A DNA stretch of 64,000 nt from Nannocystis bainbridge (GTDB taxonomy: Bacteria; Myxococcota_A; Polyangia; Nannocystales; Nannocystaceae), in the NCBI RefSeq assembly GCF_028368995.1, contig NZ_JAQNDL010000001.1, positions 1,024,001-1,088,000 of the forward strand, read 5' to 3'. Both the position numbers and the translations under genes were made by a program. Positions 28,261 through 40,026 of the stretch are shown here, in pieces. The notes below the pieces were generated by a model. It ran no database searches, was not told the origin of the DNA, and saw only the letters and a program-made list of their open reading frames with translations. How positions within the stretch are numbered: position 1 is the first letter of the stretch; every line of letters begins with the position of its first letter.

Positions 28261-29646
28261 ATGTCCTTCTTCGCTTGCTCGCTGGAACGCGCCGTCCTCG
28301 TCGCCGCGGTCCTGTCCCCGACCTTCGCCGCGGCCGCCGTGCCGATCGGCGAGCCGGTCGGCATGCTGACGAACCACGACGAGCGGGTCCTCGGCTTCAT
28401 GACCAACCGGATCCGCCGCGACCCGGCCGCTGCCGACGCCCTGCCGAGCATGGACGGCAAGACCCCGTCGGGGCGCCCGATCCCCCCGGCCTCGCCCCCG
28501 CTCGAGCTCGTCGCCGACCTCGCGCGCGCCGCCAACTTTCAAGCGACGCACATCGCCACCACCGAGTGTCCGCTGTGCGCCGACCACTCGACCTGCTGCG
28601 TGCTCGCCGGTATGGACGCAGACACCCACTGCGACGGCCCGGTGACCGTCTGCGGCGTCACCAGCATGGGCGAGCGCTTCAGCCACTTCTCCGACCGGGC
28701 CCACGCCGAGAACGGCTCGGAGGGCGGCGCCTCGGCCGAGCTGATCATGCTGGCGTGGATCGAGTCCGACGCTCATTGGGGCTCGATCAACGGCGCCAGC
28801 AGCACCGCGCTCGGCACCGGCTCGGCGCAGGGCTTCGGCAAGCCGGTGCGCCACCTGGTCTTCGGGACAGGTGGAACCTACCCGGTCGCCGGCGACGGCG
28901 TGCACTTCCGCGACATCATCCACGAGGGCGGCCCCGGGCCGAAGATGCAGCCGATGGAGACCCCGACCTTCGGCATCACCTACGCCCTGCCCGGCGGCGG
29001 TCCGCCCGAGGTCGCCCAGGTCGTGCACTACACCGACGGCGTCACGCCCGTGTGCGAGCCGCTGGCGCTGCGGTACGGTCAGCCCGATCTGGGCACCTAC
29101 GAGACCGTGCTCTCGCCTGGTCCCGGCTGTCACCGCTACTTCTTCCACATCGTCGACGGCCAGGGCGTCGAGCACCTCTACCCGACCACCGGCACGCTCG
29201 GCTTCCCGCTGCTCCCGCTCGGCGCCGACCCGGCCACCTGCCCCGATTTCGAGCCGATGCGCGCCGAGGCCCCGTGCGCCGGCACGGTCCCCCAGGACAC
29301 CACCGGCAGCGACACCACCGGCAGCGACGACAGCGGCGACGACAGCGGTGATCCCAGCGGTGATACCAGCGCGAGCAGCGACGCGAGCGCGACCAATCCC
29401 ACCGGTGACCCGACCAGCGAGGGCCCGACCAGCGCCGCGACCGGCGACGAGCCCACCACGGGCGCCTCGACCGGCGCCGCGACCTCGGCCAGCACGACCG
29501 ATCCGGCGACCGCGGGCGAGCCCGCGAGCGGCGACAGCGATGCGGGCTGCGGTTGCCGCACCGACGATCGCGCGCCCGGCCAGGGCATCGCGTTCACCTC
29601 GCTGCTCGTGCTCACCGGCTGGCTGCTCCGCCGCCGCCGCGCCTGA
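28261..29646 (+). CDS. CAP/SCP-like domain secreted protein with MYXO-CTERM anchor
   Basis: TNRIRRDP, PPLELVADLARAA, AENG, AWIESDAHW; Thr/Ser tether; GCGC...LLRRRRA; TAGCGT 7 nt upstream of the ATG. Confidence 0.75.
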   Translation: MSFFACSLERAVLVAAVLSPTFAAAAVPIGEPVGMLTNHDERVLGFMTNRIRRDPAAADALPSMDGKTPSGRPIPPASPPLELVADLARAANFQATHIATTECPLCADHSTCCVLAGMDADTHCDGPVTVCGVTSMGERFSHFSDRAHAENGSEGGASAELIMLAWIESDAHWGSINGASSTALGTGSAQGFGKPVRHLVFGTGGTYPVAGDGVHFRDIIHEGGPGPKMQPMETPTFGITYALPGGGPPEVAQVVHYTDGVTPVCEPLALRYGQPDLGTYETVLSPGPGCHRYFFHIVDGQGVEHLYPTTGTLGFPLLPLGADPATCPDFEPMRAEAPCAGTVPQDTTGSDTTGSDDSGDDSGDPSGDTSASSDASATNPTGDPTSEGPTSAATGDEPTTGASTGAATSASTTDPATAGEPASGDSDAGCGCRTDDRAPGQGIAFTSLLVLTGWLLRRRRA

Positions 29647-29751
29647 GCCCACGTCCAAACGTCGAGCTCGCCAGCGCAGGCGAGCTCGACACTGCGTCCC
29701 GAACCCCGACGCGCCCGCGCTTGCTAGACTCGGCCCAGGGAAGTCGCGCGC

Positions 29752-30681
29752 ATGACGATCGAGATCTTGCAGACCGGCCCGCTGCCCGAATCATGCGAGC
29801 GAGCGCTGGCCCAGCGCTTCACGCTGCACCAGCTGCACGCCCAGCCCGATGCGCGGGCGTGGCTCGCCGCTCACGGCCCGCGCATCCGCGCCCACGCCGG
29901 CGCGGGCGTGCAGGCGTCCCTGCTGGAGAGACTGCCCAACCTCGAGATCATCGCCGGCTTCGGCGTGGGCGTCGACAGTATCGACATTGTCGCCGCCAGG
30001 GCCCGCGACATTCGTGTCACCAACACGCCCGACGTCCTCGACGACGCGGTCGCCGAGCTGACCCTCGGCCTGATGATCGCCCTCGCGCGACGGATCCCCC
30101 AGGCCGATCGCCACGTGCGCGCCGGCCTGTGGCAGCGCGGCAATTTCGGCCTGTGCTCCGAGCTGACCGGCAAGACCGTCGGCATCCTCGGCCTCGGCAG
30201 GATCGGCAAGGAGATCGCCGCGCGCGCCCAGGCCATGAAGATGCGCGTCGTCTATCACGGCCGCCACCGCCAGCCGAGCGTGCCGTACATCTATTATGAC
30301 GTGCTCGAGGACATGGCCCGCGACAGCGAATGGCTGGTGGTCATCGCCCCGGGCGGCAAGGGCACCGAGCGGATCGTCTCTCGTCGGGTGCTGGAAGCGC
30401 TCGGCCCGAAGGGCATGCTCGTCAATGTCGCCCGCGGCTCGCTGGTCGACGAGCCGGCCATGATCGAGCTGCTGCAAAACGGCGGCCTCGGCGGCGCCGC
30501 GCTCGACGTGTTCGAGCACGAGCCGCAGGTCCCGGCGGCCCTGCTCGCCCTCGACAACGTCGTGCTCTCGCCGCATCAGGGCAGCGCCACCCGGCAGACG
30601 CGCGAGGCCATGGGCGCGCTGCTGGTCGCCAACCTCGAGCGGCATTTTGCAGGGGAGCCGCTGCTCACCGCGGTGGTGTGA
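29752..30681 (+). CDS. D-isomer-specific 2-hydroxyacid dehydrogenase (glyoxylate/hydroxypyruvate reductase-like)
   Basis: VTNTPDVL, GILGLGRIG, NVARGSLVDE, LDVFEHEP, SPHQGSAT. Confidence 0.95.
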   Translation: MTIEILQTGPLPESCERALAQRFTLHQLHAQPDARAWLAAHGPRIRAHAGAGVQASLLERLPNLEIIAGFGVGVDSIDIVAARARDIRVTNTPDVLDDAVAELTLGLMIALARRIPQADRHVRAGLWQRGNFGLCSELTGKTVGILGLGRIGKEIAARAQAMKMRVVYHGRHRQPSVPYIYYDVLEDMARDSEWLVVIAPGGKGTERIVSRRVLEALGPKGMLVNVARGSLVDEPAMIELLQNGGLGGAALDVFEHEPQVPAALLALDNVVLSPHQGSATRQTREAMGALLVANLERHFAGEPLLTAVV

Positions 30682-30736
30682 CCGGCTCGCGTTTGGCCCA
30701 GGGGCGCGGCGGCGGCCGAGGTGGTACGAATGGCCC

Positions 30737-31567
30737 ATGCGAATTTATTATGCGTGGATCTTTCTTGCAGCGGCCGCCTGCGGACCCAAGACCCCGAGCG
30801 GCGAGACCGACGGCGATGCTTCGACCGGCACCGTGACGACCGGTGACGCCGAGCCGACCACCACGACCTCCGCGAGCACGACGACCGAGGGCGACGAGAC
30901 GACCGGCGCGAGCGAGACCGGCGAGCCGCTGCCGATGTGTCCGGCGGCACAGACCCCCGAGGTGATGTTCGCCGTCGAGGGCTTCGGCGACGAATTTCAG
31001 GGTCACGTCCGGGCCTCGTGCACCGTCGAGGGCGGCTCGATCGGCGACGCGATGGATGCGGTCGAGCTGGCGTGCGACGTCGACGGCACCGAGGTCCAGG
31101 TCGCGGTGCGCTTCCTCAACGCTGTCGTGACGCTGCCCGCGGCTCTGCAGCAGCCCGAGGCCCCGGTGTCGCTGCGGTACGTCCGCGCCGACTACGAGTA
31201 CCGCGGCGAGTGGCTGGCGCTCGGCGATTTCCGCGACGTGTTGCTGCTCGGCCTGGCCGCCGGCAACAGCCCGCTGCCGTTCGTCGAGGGCGAGGGGCAG
31301 ATCCAGGACATGTTCGCGCCGGTCACCGTCGAGGCGCAGGGCGGCTTCTGTCCCAAGGGACAGGGGAGCTGCTTCGCTCTCGGCGAGCCGGCGGCGCTGC
31401 AATTCTCCAGCGGCGACGACATGACCGAGGTGCTGCCGCTGCAAGCGGGAGCGCTCGGTCCTTACGCGATCCAGGCCGGCGCCTCGTGGCTGTCCGACCC
31501 CGAGAGCGCGTACGAGTGCGACGGCCCGGGCGACGACTGGGCGGCCTTCGCCCTGGTGCGCCCGTGA
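30737..31567 (+). CDS. Lipoprotein, hypothetical
   Basis: FLAAAAC lipobox; Thr-rich tether; Cys-containing beta domain. Confidence 0.8.
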   Translation: MRIYYAWIFLAAAACGPKTPSGETDGDASTGTVTTGDAEPTTTTSASTTTEGDETTGASETGEPLPMCPAAQTPEVMFAVEGFGDEFQGHVRASCTVEGGSIGDAMDAVELACDVDGTEVQVAVRFLNAVVTLPAALQQPEAPVSLRYVRADYEYRGEWLALGDFRDVLLLGLAAGNSPLPFVEGEGQIQDMFAPVTVEAQGGFCPKGQGSCFALGEPAALQFSSGDDMTEVLPLQAGALGPYAIQAGASWLSDPESAYECDGPGDDWAAFALVRP

Positions 31568-32062
31568 GGCGGAGCGACACGATGCACAGGGCTCGAGCGA
31601 CGACCGCAGCGTTCGTCGACGACACCTGCACCGGCGATGCCCCGCGCTTCCCTCGCCGAACCGATCACCAGCCCGAGCGGATGTCCGGCTTGCTGGCCGA
31701 TCCCGTCCGCGGGCTCGAACACGGCATGAGCAAACACCCGATCCACGCGAACGCAGAGCCGGCCCGTCGCCTGCAGCGGAGGTCTCCCCGCGCACGACCC
31801 GCGCTCATGCGATGCCCGGCGCAGCGCAGCACCCTTCGCCTGCATGCGCTCGCTCGCCACGCACGAGCCTGCGCTAGGCGAGCTCGAGCTCGCCCGTAGG
31901 GAGGTCGCCGAGCTCGACGGACGAGCCGCCCGCAAACCGGGCGGAAACGGGCCGGAAGCGGCCTCAACGTCGCGTCGACGGGCTGCGCCCGGGCCCCCGA
32001 GACGGAGCTCCCGGGTATACTCCGCGCGCCATGTCCCCTGTCCACCCGGAGGCCGCGCCTTG

Positions 32063-33799
<1,737 letters not shown>

Positions 33800-33802
33800 G
33801 CC

Positions 33803-35491
33803 TCACAGCGGCGGGCAGATCGCCGCGATGTCGAGGTCGCCCGGCGCGAGTCCGCCGTGGGCCCCGGGGCACACCAGCTCGCCGCCCGACTTGTAGCATT
33901 TGCTCAGCGGGTCGCTGAAGCCCGGCGGCGGGGTGGTCACGCCCGGCATGCCGCAGTCGGGGTCCGGCAGGCGCTCCTCGGTCTCCGGCGGCTGCTCGAG
34001 CGGCCAGCGGCCCAGGTAGCCGAAGCGAATGTACGTCCCGAGGGTCGCGGCCGCGTACGCGTACGTGTCGTTGTTGCGGAACGCGAAGTTGTTGTGCCAG
34101 CAATCGTCGCCGCGGTCGTTCTCGTAGCCGGCGAGGTGCTTGATCTTCTTCAGCCCGTAGCCCTTGTCGGTCACCAGCTTGCCGGCGCACAGCGCCCCGT
34201 GGCCGTGGGTGTGGGTGTCCATGATCGGCGACAGCCGCGGCGTGTTGTCCCGCCACGGCACGAACATGTGGTGCATCGATTCGTGGAGCACCAGCCGCGG
34301 CACGTCGAACGACTGGCTCGGCGTCGAATAGGCCTTGGCGCACAGCTTCATGTTGCTCTTGACCGCGTGGTGTCCGCCCGGCCGCGAGGTGTTGCAGATG
34401 TCGCCGGGGCCGTCGGGCGTGCACTCGATGTCGAGCGTCAGGCCGCCGACCTCGTGGTCGTGGAAGGTCCGCCACAGCCGCGCGTAGGCGACCCGGATGG
34501 CGTCCAGCCGGTAATCGGCGTAGGGCCCGAAGTAGAACTGCAGCGCGGTGTTGGGGCCGACGTCTTCGCTCTCGTAGCTCATCAGCCGCTCGCCGGTCTC
34601 CGTGCCGCCCTCGGCCGCCCACAGGAACGCGCGCTCCTCCGGCGGGCTGGCGGCGACGAAGTCGAGCATCTGGCGCAGGCGGAACAGATCATGGGTGGCG
34701 CGCAGCCACGCGGCCCGGGTCTTGGCGCACTCGTCGAGGGTGCAGCCCGAGAGCGGGGGGAAGCTGACCGCCACCGGCGGCACCTCCGAGGCCAGCTCGT
34801 AGGCCAGCGCGTCGCAGTCGGCCTCGCGCGCCTGCGGCACCGTGTCGTCGATCGCCAGGGTCGCCACCGGGCCCGCGGCCTCGTCGCGGCGGTCGAACGC
34901 CGACACCATCGTCAAGGCCGCGCCGCCGAGGCCGCCCGGCGTCGGCGCGCGGGCGTAGGTCTTGAGCACGACCACCTGGTCCAAAGGCAAGGTCGGCGGC
35001 AGCACCAGCTCGGGCCCGCCGCCCGTCCCGGCCGCGTGGGTCAGGTGCACGGTCACGGCCCCGAGGTCGAGCGCGACCTCGTCGACGTCGTCGGCGCTGC
35101 GGTGGACCTGGTGACCGCGCACCGGCACGCGCACGTTGAGCAGCCGGCCCGCCGCGGCGGTGTCGAAGCGCAGGCCGGGGCGACCGCCGCGGGCGCGGAT
35201 GTCCGCCAGCAGCTCCGGCAGCCCGGCCGGCACCGGCAGCTCGGTCGACTCGCCCGGTTCGAGCTCGCGCTCGGTCGCGCCGACGTGCGACGGCTCGGCG
35301 CAGGCCAGGTCGCCGACCAGGTACGGGGCCTCGATCGCCGGCGTCGACGGCTCCGCCCCGGTCTCGCCGCCGCCGTGGCCGTCGCCGCCGTGCACGTCGA
35401 CCCCGGAGCAGGCCAGCGCGAGGCCCAACGGCGCGAGCGAGCCGACCCTCCACCAAGCGATCACGCCTCCGCGCATTGCTGTCGCACTCAT
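33803..35491 (-). CDS. Lipoprotein zinc metallopeptidase, M35/aspzincin-like
   Basis: LGLALAC lipobox; HESMH (HExxH), VTDKGYG (GTxDxxYG-like), NNDTY; start uncertain (35476-35500). Confidence 0.72.
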   Translation of the reverse strand: MSATAMRGGVIAWWRVGSLAPLGLALACSGVDVHGGDGHGGGETGAEPSTPAIEAPYLVGDLACAEPSHVGATERELEPGESTELPVPAGLPELLADIRARGGRPGLRFDTAAAGRLLNVRVPVRGHQVHRSADDVDEVALDLGAVTVHLTHAAGTGGGPELVLPPTLPLDQVVVLKTYARAPTPGGLGGAALTMVSAFDRRDEAAGPVATLAIDDTVPQAREADCDALAYELASEVPPVAVSFPPLSGCTLDECAKTRAAWLRATHDLFRLRQMLDFVAASPPEERAFLWAAEGGTETGERLMSYESEDVGPNTALQFYFGPYADYRLDAIRVAYARLWRTFHDHEVGGLTLDIECTPDGPGDICNTSRPGGHHAVKSNMKLCAKAYSTPSQSFDVPRLVLHESMHHMFVPWRDNTPRLSPIMDTHTHGHGALCAGKLVTDKGYGLKKIKHLAGYENDRGDDCWHNNFAFRNNDTYAYAAATLGTYIRFGYLGRWPLEQPPETEERLPDPDCGMPGVTTPPPGFSDPLSKCYKSGGELVCPGAHGGLAPGDLDIAAICPPL

Positions 35492-36243
35492 GACAATCAC
35501 TCCCGGTTGGCGAACACGGCCGCGTCGCCGCGGCGATGGACCGCCGGCGGGTGCAGCAACGAATCGACGAATGGCGGCCGGCTAAGCGAGGCTACGAATC
35601 GTGGTGTGATGAATCGGCCGCGTCAGAGCGGCGCGGGCATTCACGAATGAACGCCGCGAAGACGCAGGTCGGACCGCGCATCGGCCCGGCGATGCGCCGA
35701 TCCGACGGGGAGCGGCGTATGCAGTCGCCGCGTTCGTGGGAGTCCGTTCATGGGGCCTGCTCGCGCTCCTGGTCCTCCGCGCCCTCCGACGCGGCCTCCG
35801 AACAGCGTGGCCGCGTCCGGTCGCCCGATTCACCGCCGGGTGGGGCGGATCACGCGCCGGAGCGGGGACGCTTGCTCGCTTGCCCGCATCGCCGCGCCGG
35901 TCCGCGGCGACTCGTGCGAGGGCGACGAATCACCGCGGCCGATCGGCGATCGCCGGCCGCGCACCGCGACCGTGATCCAGCGCAGAGCCGCGGAGCCGCG
36001 AGCGCCTCGCCAGCCCGCCGCCGGCCCGCGCCCGGAGCGGCGGACGCCCCGCAGGCCCTCGCGCTCACGCGCGCACCGGACCGCGCGTTTCAGCCGACGC
36101 AACCGGCCCGCGACTGCGACGATGCAAACACCATTTCGGTGGCCATGCCGGCGGCGCCGCCGACGACACTGGCACATGTTCCAATTGCACGAGGGCCGGT
36201 CGACTCGTCGCTCGAGTCGCCGGCCCTCGCCACGCGCGCCGCG

Positions 36244-36657
36244 CTAGGCGGTCTTGCGTGCGGCCATGTAGGCCTCGGTCAGCGCCGGGTCGGCCGCGAT
36301 CTCGAACATCATGGCTTCGAGCTTGGCGCGGTCGAGGCCGTGCTTGGCGAGCGCGTCGTCGGCGTGCTCGGGGTCGGCCGCGATCTCCTTGGCGACCGCG
36401 GCGGCGATCTGGACCTTCTCCGAGCCCGGGTCCGGCTTGACCGGCTGCTCGGGCTTGGGCGCCGGCTCGGCGTCCTTGATCTCGGGCTTCGGCTGCTCGG
36501 TCTTGGTCACCGTGGTCGTCTTGGTCTCGACCTTGGTCGTCTTGGTGACCTCGGTCTTCTTGGTGTCGCCGCCGCAAGCGGGCAGCGCGAGGGCGAGGGC
36601 GCACAGGGTCGCCGCGAGGCGGCCGGCGCGATGAAGCGAATGGCTGGAGTGATGCAT
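36244..36657 (-). CDS. Small lipoprotein
   Basis: ALALPAC lipobox; Lys/Thr-rich linker; helical C-terminus; AGAGGAG ribosome-binding site. Confidence 0.8.
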   Translation of the reverse strand: MHHSSHSLHRAGRLAATLCALALALPACGGDTKKTEVTKTTKVETKTTTVTKTEQPKPEIKDAEPAPKPEQPVKPDPGSEKVQIAAAVAKEIAADPEHADDALAKHGLDRAKLEAMMFEIAADPALTEAYMAARKTA

Positions 36658-36674
36658 GGCGATGGCTCCTCTCT

Positions 36675-37658
36675 TCACTGCGGCGGGGCGGTCTTGTCCT
36701 GCTTCGCGGCCTTGGCCTCGAGCTTGGCGTCGGTCTTGGCGTCGCGCTTGTCCTGGCGCTGCTCCGCCTTCTCCTCGCGCTGCTCGAGCCGGCTCTCCTT
36801 GGCGTCGAGCTTGGCGTCCTGCTTCTCGAGCTTGGTCGCGGCCTTGTCGAGCTTCGTCTCGGCCTTGTCGAGCTTGGCCCCCATCTGCTCGAGCCGCTTC
36901 TTCTCCGCCTCGAGCCCGGCCTTCTCGTCGCCGGACGCGGTCGCCAGCTTGGCCTCGACCTCGCGCAGCCGCAGCTCGACCTGGCCGCTCTTCTCGGTGA
37001 TCGCCTCGGTCGAAGTCGCCAGCTTCTCCTGGCGCTTGTCGTGGCGCTCCTTGGCGACCAGGACCTTCTTCTGGCCCTTGGCCACCAGCTCCAGCCGCTT
37101 CTCGAGCAGCTTGGTGCGCCGCTCGCCGTACTGCAGGGCCAGCGCGTCGAGCTTGACCTTGAGCTTGTCGGCCTCCTCGGCCGTCAGCTCCTTGGCGTCC
37201 TCCTTGCGGTCCTTGAGCTTGGCGGCCAGCTTGGGCCCGCGCAGCCCGCCGGCCACCTGGACGCGCACCCACTTGCCGAAGCCCGCGTGGGCCTTGCCGC
37301 GCTTGGCGGTCGCGTCGGCCTCCTCGGCGACCAGGTCGGTGGCCTCGCCGGCGCCGAGCCCGACCTCCTGCGTCACGACCAGCGCCTCCCGCAGGTCGGC
37401 CTCCGGCACCCCGGCCGCGCGCGCGTCGGCGGCGGCGAGCGGCAGGTCGATGACGGCGAGGATGTCGTCGCTGAGCGCCTCCTGGTCGGAGACCTTGATG
37501 TTGGCCGAGGCGCCCGCCTTGGCCGGGGCCGGGGCCGCGGTCGTGGCAGTGACGGGCGGCGGACTCGGGGGCAAGTCGGCGCGTCCTGCCGCCGGCAGCA
37601 GCAGCGCCAGCGCGAAGGCGCCGGCGGAGACAACTCCTGTGTGCTTGTGCATGGTCAT
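36675..37658 (-). CDS. Secreted Lys/Glu-rich coiled-coil protein
   Basis: Signal peptide (ALLLPAAGRA); heptads such as AKLDKAETKLDKAATKLEKQDAKLDAK. Confidence 0.8.
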   Translation of the reverse strand: MTMHKHTGVVSAGAFALALLLPAAGRADLPPSPPPVTATTAAPAPAKAGASANIKVSDQEALSDDILAVIDLPLAAADARAAGVPEADLREALVVTQEVGLGAGEATDLVAEEADATAKRGKAHAGFGKWVRVQVAGGLRGPKLAAKLKDRKEDAKELTAEEADKLKVKLDALALQYGERRTKLLEKRLELVAKGQKKVLVAKERHDKRQEKLATSTEAITEKSGQVELRLREVEAKLATASGDEKAGLEAEKKRLEQMGAKLDKAETKLDKAATKLEKQDAKLDAKESRLEQREEKAEQRQDKRDAKTDAKLEAKAAKQDKTAPPQ

Positions 37659-37856
37659 CGAAACTCCGGCGCCGAGGATAGACGACTTCGCGCGGCCGCG
37701 AATAGTCCCACCAGGTGCGGCCGCGACACGACGCCTGCGGGCCGCAGGCCCCGGACGCGAACTCGCAGGACCGCGCGGGTTGTGACGGTCGTCAATCACC
37801 GAGCAGCGAGCTCGACCGTGGCCCCGGCGCGGCCGGCGGTCGGCGTCGCTGGCACC

Positions 37857-37954
37857 TGTCCGCGAGGACATTCCCGATCGAACATTTTTCTTCGGACATG
37901 CCCGGATAGACATGCCCGAAGGGACATGCCCGAAGGGACATTCACGATCGGTCA
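37857..37954. repeat. Array of seven 14-bp palindromic units at the tsaA stop
   Basis: TGTCCGCGAGGACA|TTCCCGATCGAACA|TTTTTCTTCGGACA|TGCCCGGATAGACA|TGCCCGAAGGGACA|TGCCCGAAGGGACA|TTCACGATCGGTCA. Confidence 0.85.
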
Positions 37955-38494
37955 GCGCGGGCGGAACGCGTCGGGCTCGTCCTGCACGCGGCCCTCGAGC
38001 CAGCCAGCGCGCGCGTCGGGGAACGCGTCGGCGTACGGCACGTACGGCTTGAGGTCGAGCACCGGGGTGCCGTCGAGGATGTCGAGCCCGAGCACGTGGA
38101 CCACGCCGGCCTCGATCGCGGTGATCCGCAGGCACGACAGCCCGATCGGGCTCGGCCGGTGCGGCGCGCGGGTCGAGAACAGCCCGACCGATCGCCCCGG
38201 GTCGCGCGGCGACCTGACCTTCAGGCCATATCCCTGGTTGAGGTGGAACACGAACAGGCACCAGATCCGCTCGAACTCGGCCAGGTCCTGCAGGCCGGCC
38301 GCGAACTCGGGCAGCACCTCGATGCGGCCGGGCAGCGCCCGATCTTCCTTGACCTGGGTGGTGATCGTCGGCTGGCGCGGGGTCCCGAACCGCTCGGTGT
38401 ACGGCGAGCGCACCACGCCGATCGGGGCGAACGAGAAGCTCGGGCGCTCATCGCGGCCGGTGGTGTGGTCCTGCTCGGGGATGCTGCGGCGCAC
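37952..38494 (-). CDS. tsaA: tRNA (t6A37-N6)-methyltransferase TrmO/TsaA
   Basis: PIGVVRSPYTERFGTPRQ, GLFSTRAPHRPSPIGLS, GLDILDGTPVLDLKPYVPYAD. Confidence 0.95.
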   Translation of the reverse strand: MRRSIPEQDHTTGRDERPSFSFAPIGVVRSPYTERFGTPRQPTITTQVKEDRALPGRIEVLPEFAAGLQDLAEFERIWCLFVFHLNQGYGLKVRSPRDPGRSVGLFSTRAPHRPSPIGLSCLRITAIEAGVVHVLGLDILDGTPVLDLKPYVPYADAFPDARAGWLEGRVQDEPDAFRPR

Positions 38495-38600
38495 GCGGCG
38501 ATCCTAGCCCAGATCGCCGGTTTCGCGCCCGCGCGTGCGCAGGAGCACGTAGGCGCGCCCTGGCGGGCCCGGCCGCGCTTGGGCTAAGAGCCTGCTCCTC

Positions 38601-39956
38601 GTGGGCGAGGTCCTCGCAGAGTTGAGGCGGCTCGCCGTCCTCGCCGTGCCGCTGGCGCTGACCCAGCTCGGCAACATGATGCTCGGCATCGTCGACATGC
38701 TGATGCTCGGGCGCGTCGGTCGCGAGGCCCTCGACGCCGCGGCGCTCGGCAACCTGTGGGGCTACGCGGTCCTGACGATCGGCATGGGCATGGTGCTCGG
38801 CTGCGACCCGTTCATCGCCCAGGCCCACGGCGCCGGCGACGGCCGCACCCTCGGCCTCACGCTGCAGCGCGGCGTGGTCCTGGCGGTGATCGCGAGCGTG
38901 CCGGTGATGCTGCTGTGGCTGCTCGCCGGCCCCGGCCTGCAGCTGCTCGGCCAGGCCCCGCACCTCGCGGTCCAGGCCCACGAGTACCTGCTCGCGCAGC
39001 TGCCCGGCGCGCCGGCGGTGCTGCTGTACGTGGCCATGCGCTCGTACTTGCAGGGCCGCGGGATCACCGGCCCGGCGCTGGTCGTCATGCTGGCGGCCAA
39101 CATCGTCAACGTCGGCCTCAACTACTGGCTCATCTTCGGCGGCCTCGGCGTGCCCGCGCTCGGGGCCGTCGGCGCCGGCATCGCCACCGGCGTGGTGCGC
39201 GTGCTCATGGCCGCGGCGCTCGCCTGGTTGATCGTGCGCCGCGGCATGCACCACGGCGCGTGGGTGCCGTGGTCGCGGGCCGCGCTCGACCGCACCGCCC
39301 TCCTTGCGATCGCCGGCGTCGGCGTCGGCATCGGCCTCCAGCTCGGGCTCGAGATCTGGGCCTTCCAGGCGGCGATGCTGTTCGCCGGCTGGCTGGGCGA
39401 CGCCCCGCTCGCGGCCTACACGATCGTCCTCAACCTCGCCTCCGTCAGCTTCATGATCCCGGTCGGGATCGCCATGGCGGCAGTGACCCGCGTCGGCAAC
39501 CTGCTCGGCTCGGACCGCCTCCGCGAGGCCGAGCGCGCGGCGTGGGTCGCCCTGGGTCTCGGGGCGGCTGTCATGTGCGCCTCGGCGGTGCTGATGTACG
39601 GCCTGCGCAGCGAGCTGCCGGCGCTGTTCAAGGCCGACGCCGAGGTCTATGCGCTGGCGGCGGCCAGCCTGCCGATCGCCGCCGCGTTCCAGCTGTTCGA
39701 CGGCGTCCAGGTGGTCGGCTTCGGGGTCCTGCGCGCCATGGGCCGCACGCGTTACGCCGCGGTCATCAACTTCTTCGGCTACTACGCGGTCGCCCTGCCG
39801 CTCGCGTGGTGGCTGGCGTTCGAGCGCGGCCACGGCATCGCCGGGCTGTGGTGGGGCCTCACCGTCGGCCTTGCGCTGGTGGCGGTCGCGCTGCTCGCGT
39901 GGATCGCCGCCCGCGGCCCGGCCACGGCCCGGAAGATCGCGCTCGAACAGCGTTAG
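38601..39956 (+). CDS. MATE family efflux transporter
   Basis: ~12 TM helices; LAVPLALTQL, VDMLMLGR, GLGVPALGAVGAGIAT, RVGNLLG, FQLFDGVQ. Confidence 0.95.
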   Translation: MGEVLAELRRLAVLAVPLALTQLGNMMLGIVDMLMLGRVGREALDAAALGNLWGYAVLTIGMGMVLGCDPFIAQAHGAGDGRTLGLTLQRGVVLAVIASVPVMLLWLLAGPGLQLLGQAPHLAVQAHEYLLAQLPGAPAVLLYVAMRSYLQGRGITGPALVVMLAANIVNVGLNYWLIFGGLGVPALGAVGAGIATGVVRVLMAAALAWLIVRRGMHHGAWVPWSRAALDRTALLAIAGVGVGIGLQLGLEIWAFQAAMLFAGWLGDAPLAAYTIVLNLASVSFMIPVGIAMAAVTRVGNLLGSDRLREAERAAWVALGLGAAVMCASAVLMYGLRSELPALFKADAEVYALAAASLPIAAAFQLFDGVQVVGFGVLRAMGRTRYAAVINFFGYYAVALPLAWWLAFERGHGIAGLWWGLTVGLALVAVALLAWIAARGPATARKIALEQR

Positions 39957-40026
39957 TGCCGCCGCGTCACGTCGTGGTGAGCGCCGGCGGTCGCGCGAGC
40001 GGCGGGCATTGAGTATCGTGCCGGCC

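Noticed and set aside
29752-30681. Horizontal acquisition of the 2-hydroxyacid dehydrogenase
   Set aside because: A few AT-ending codons hint at it, but there are no mobility genes or flanking repeats and it cannot be supported without a phylogeny.
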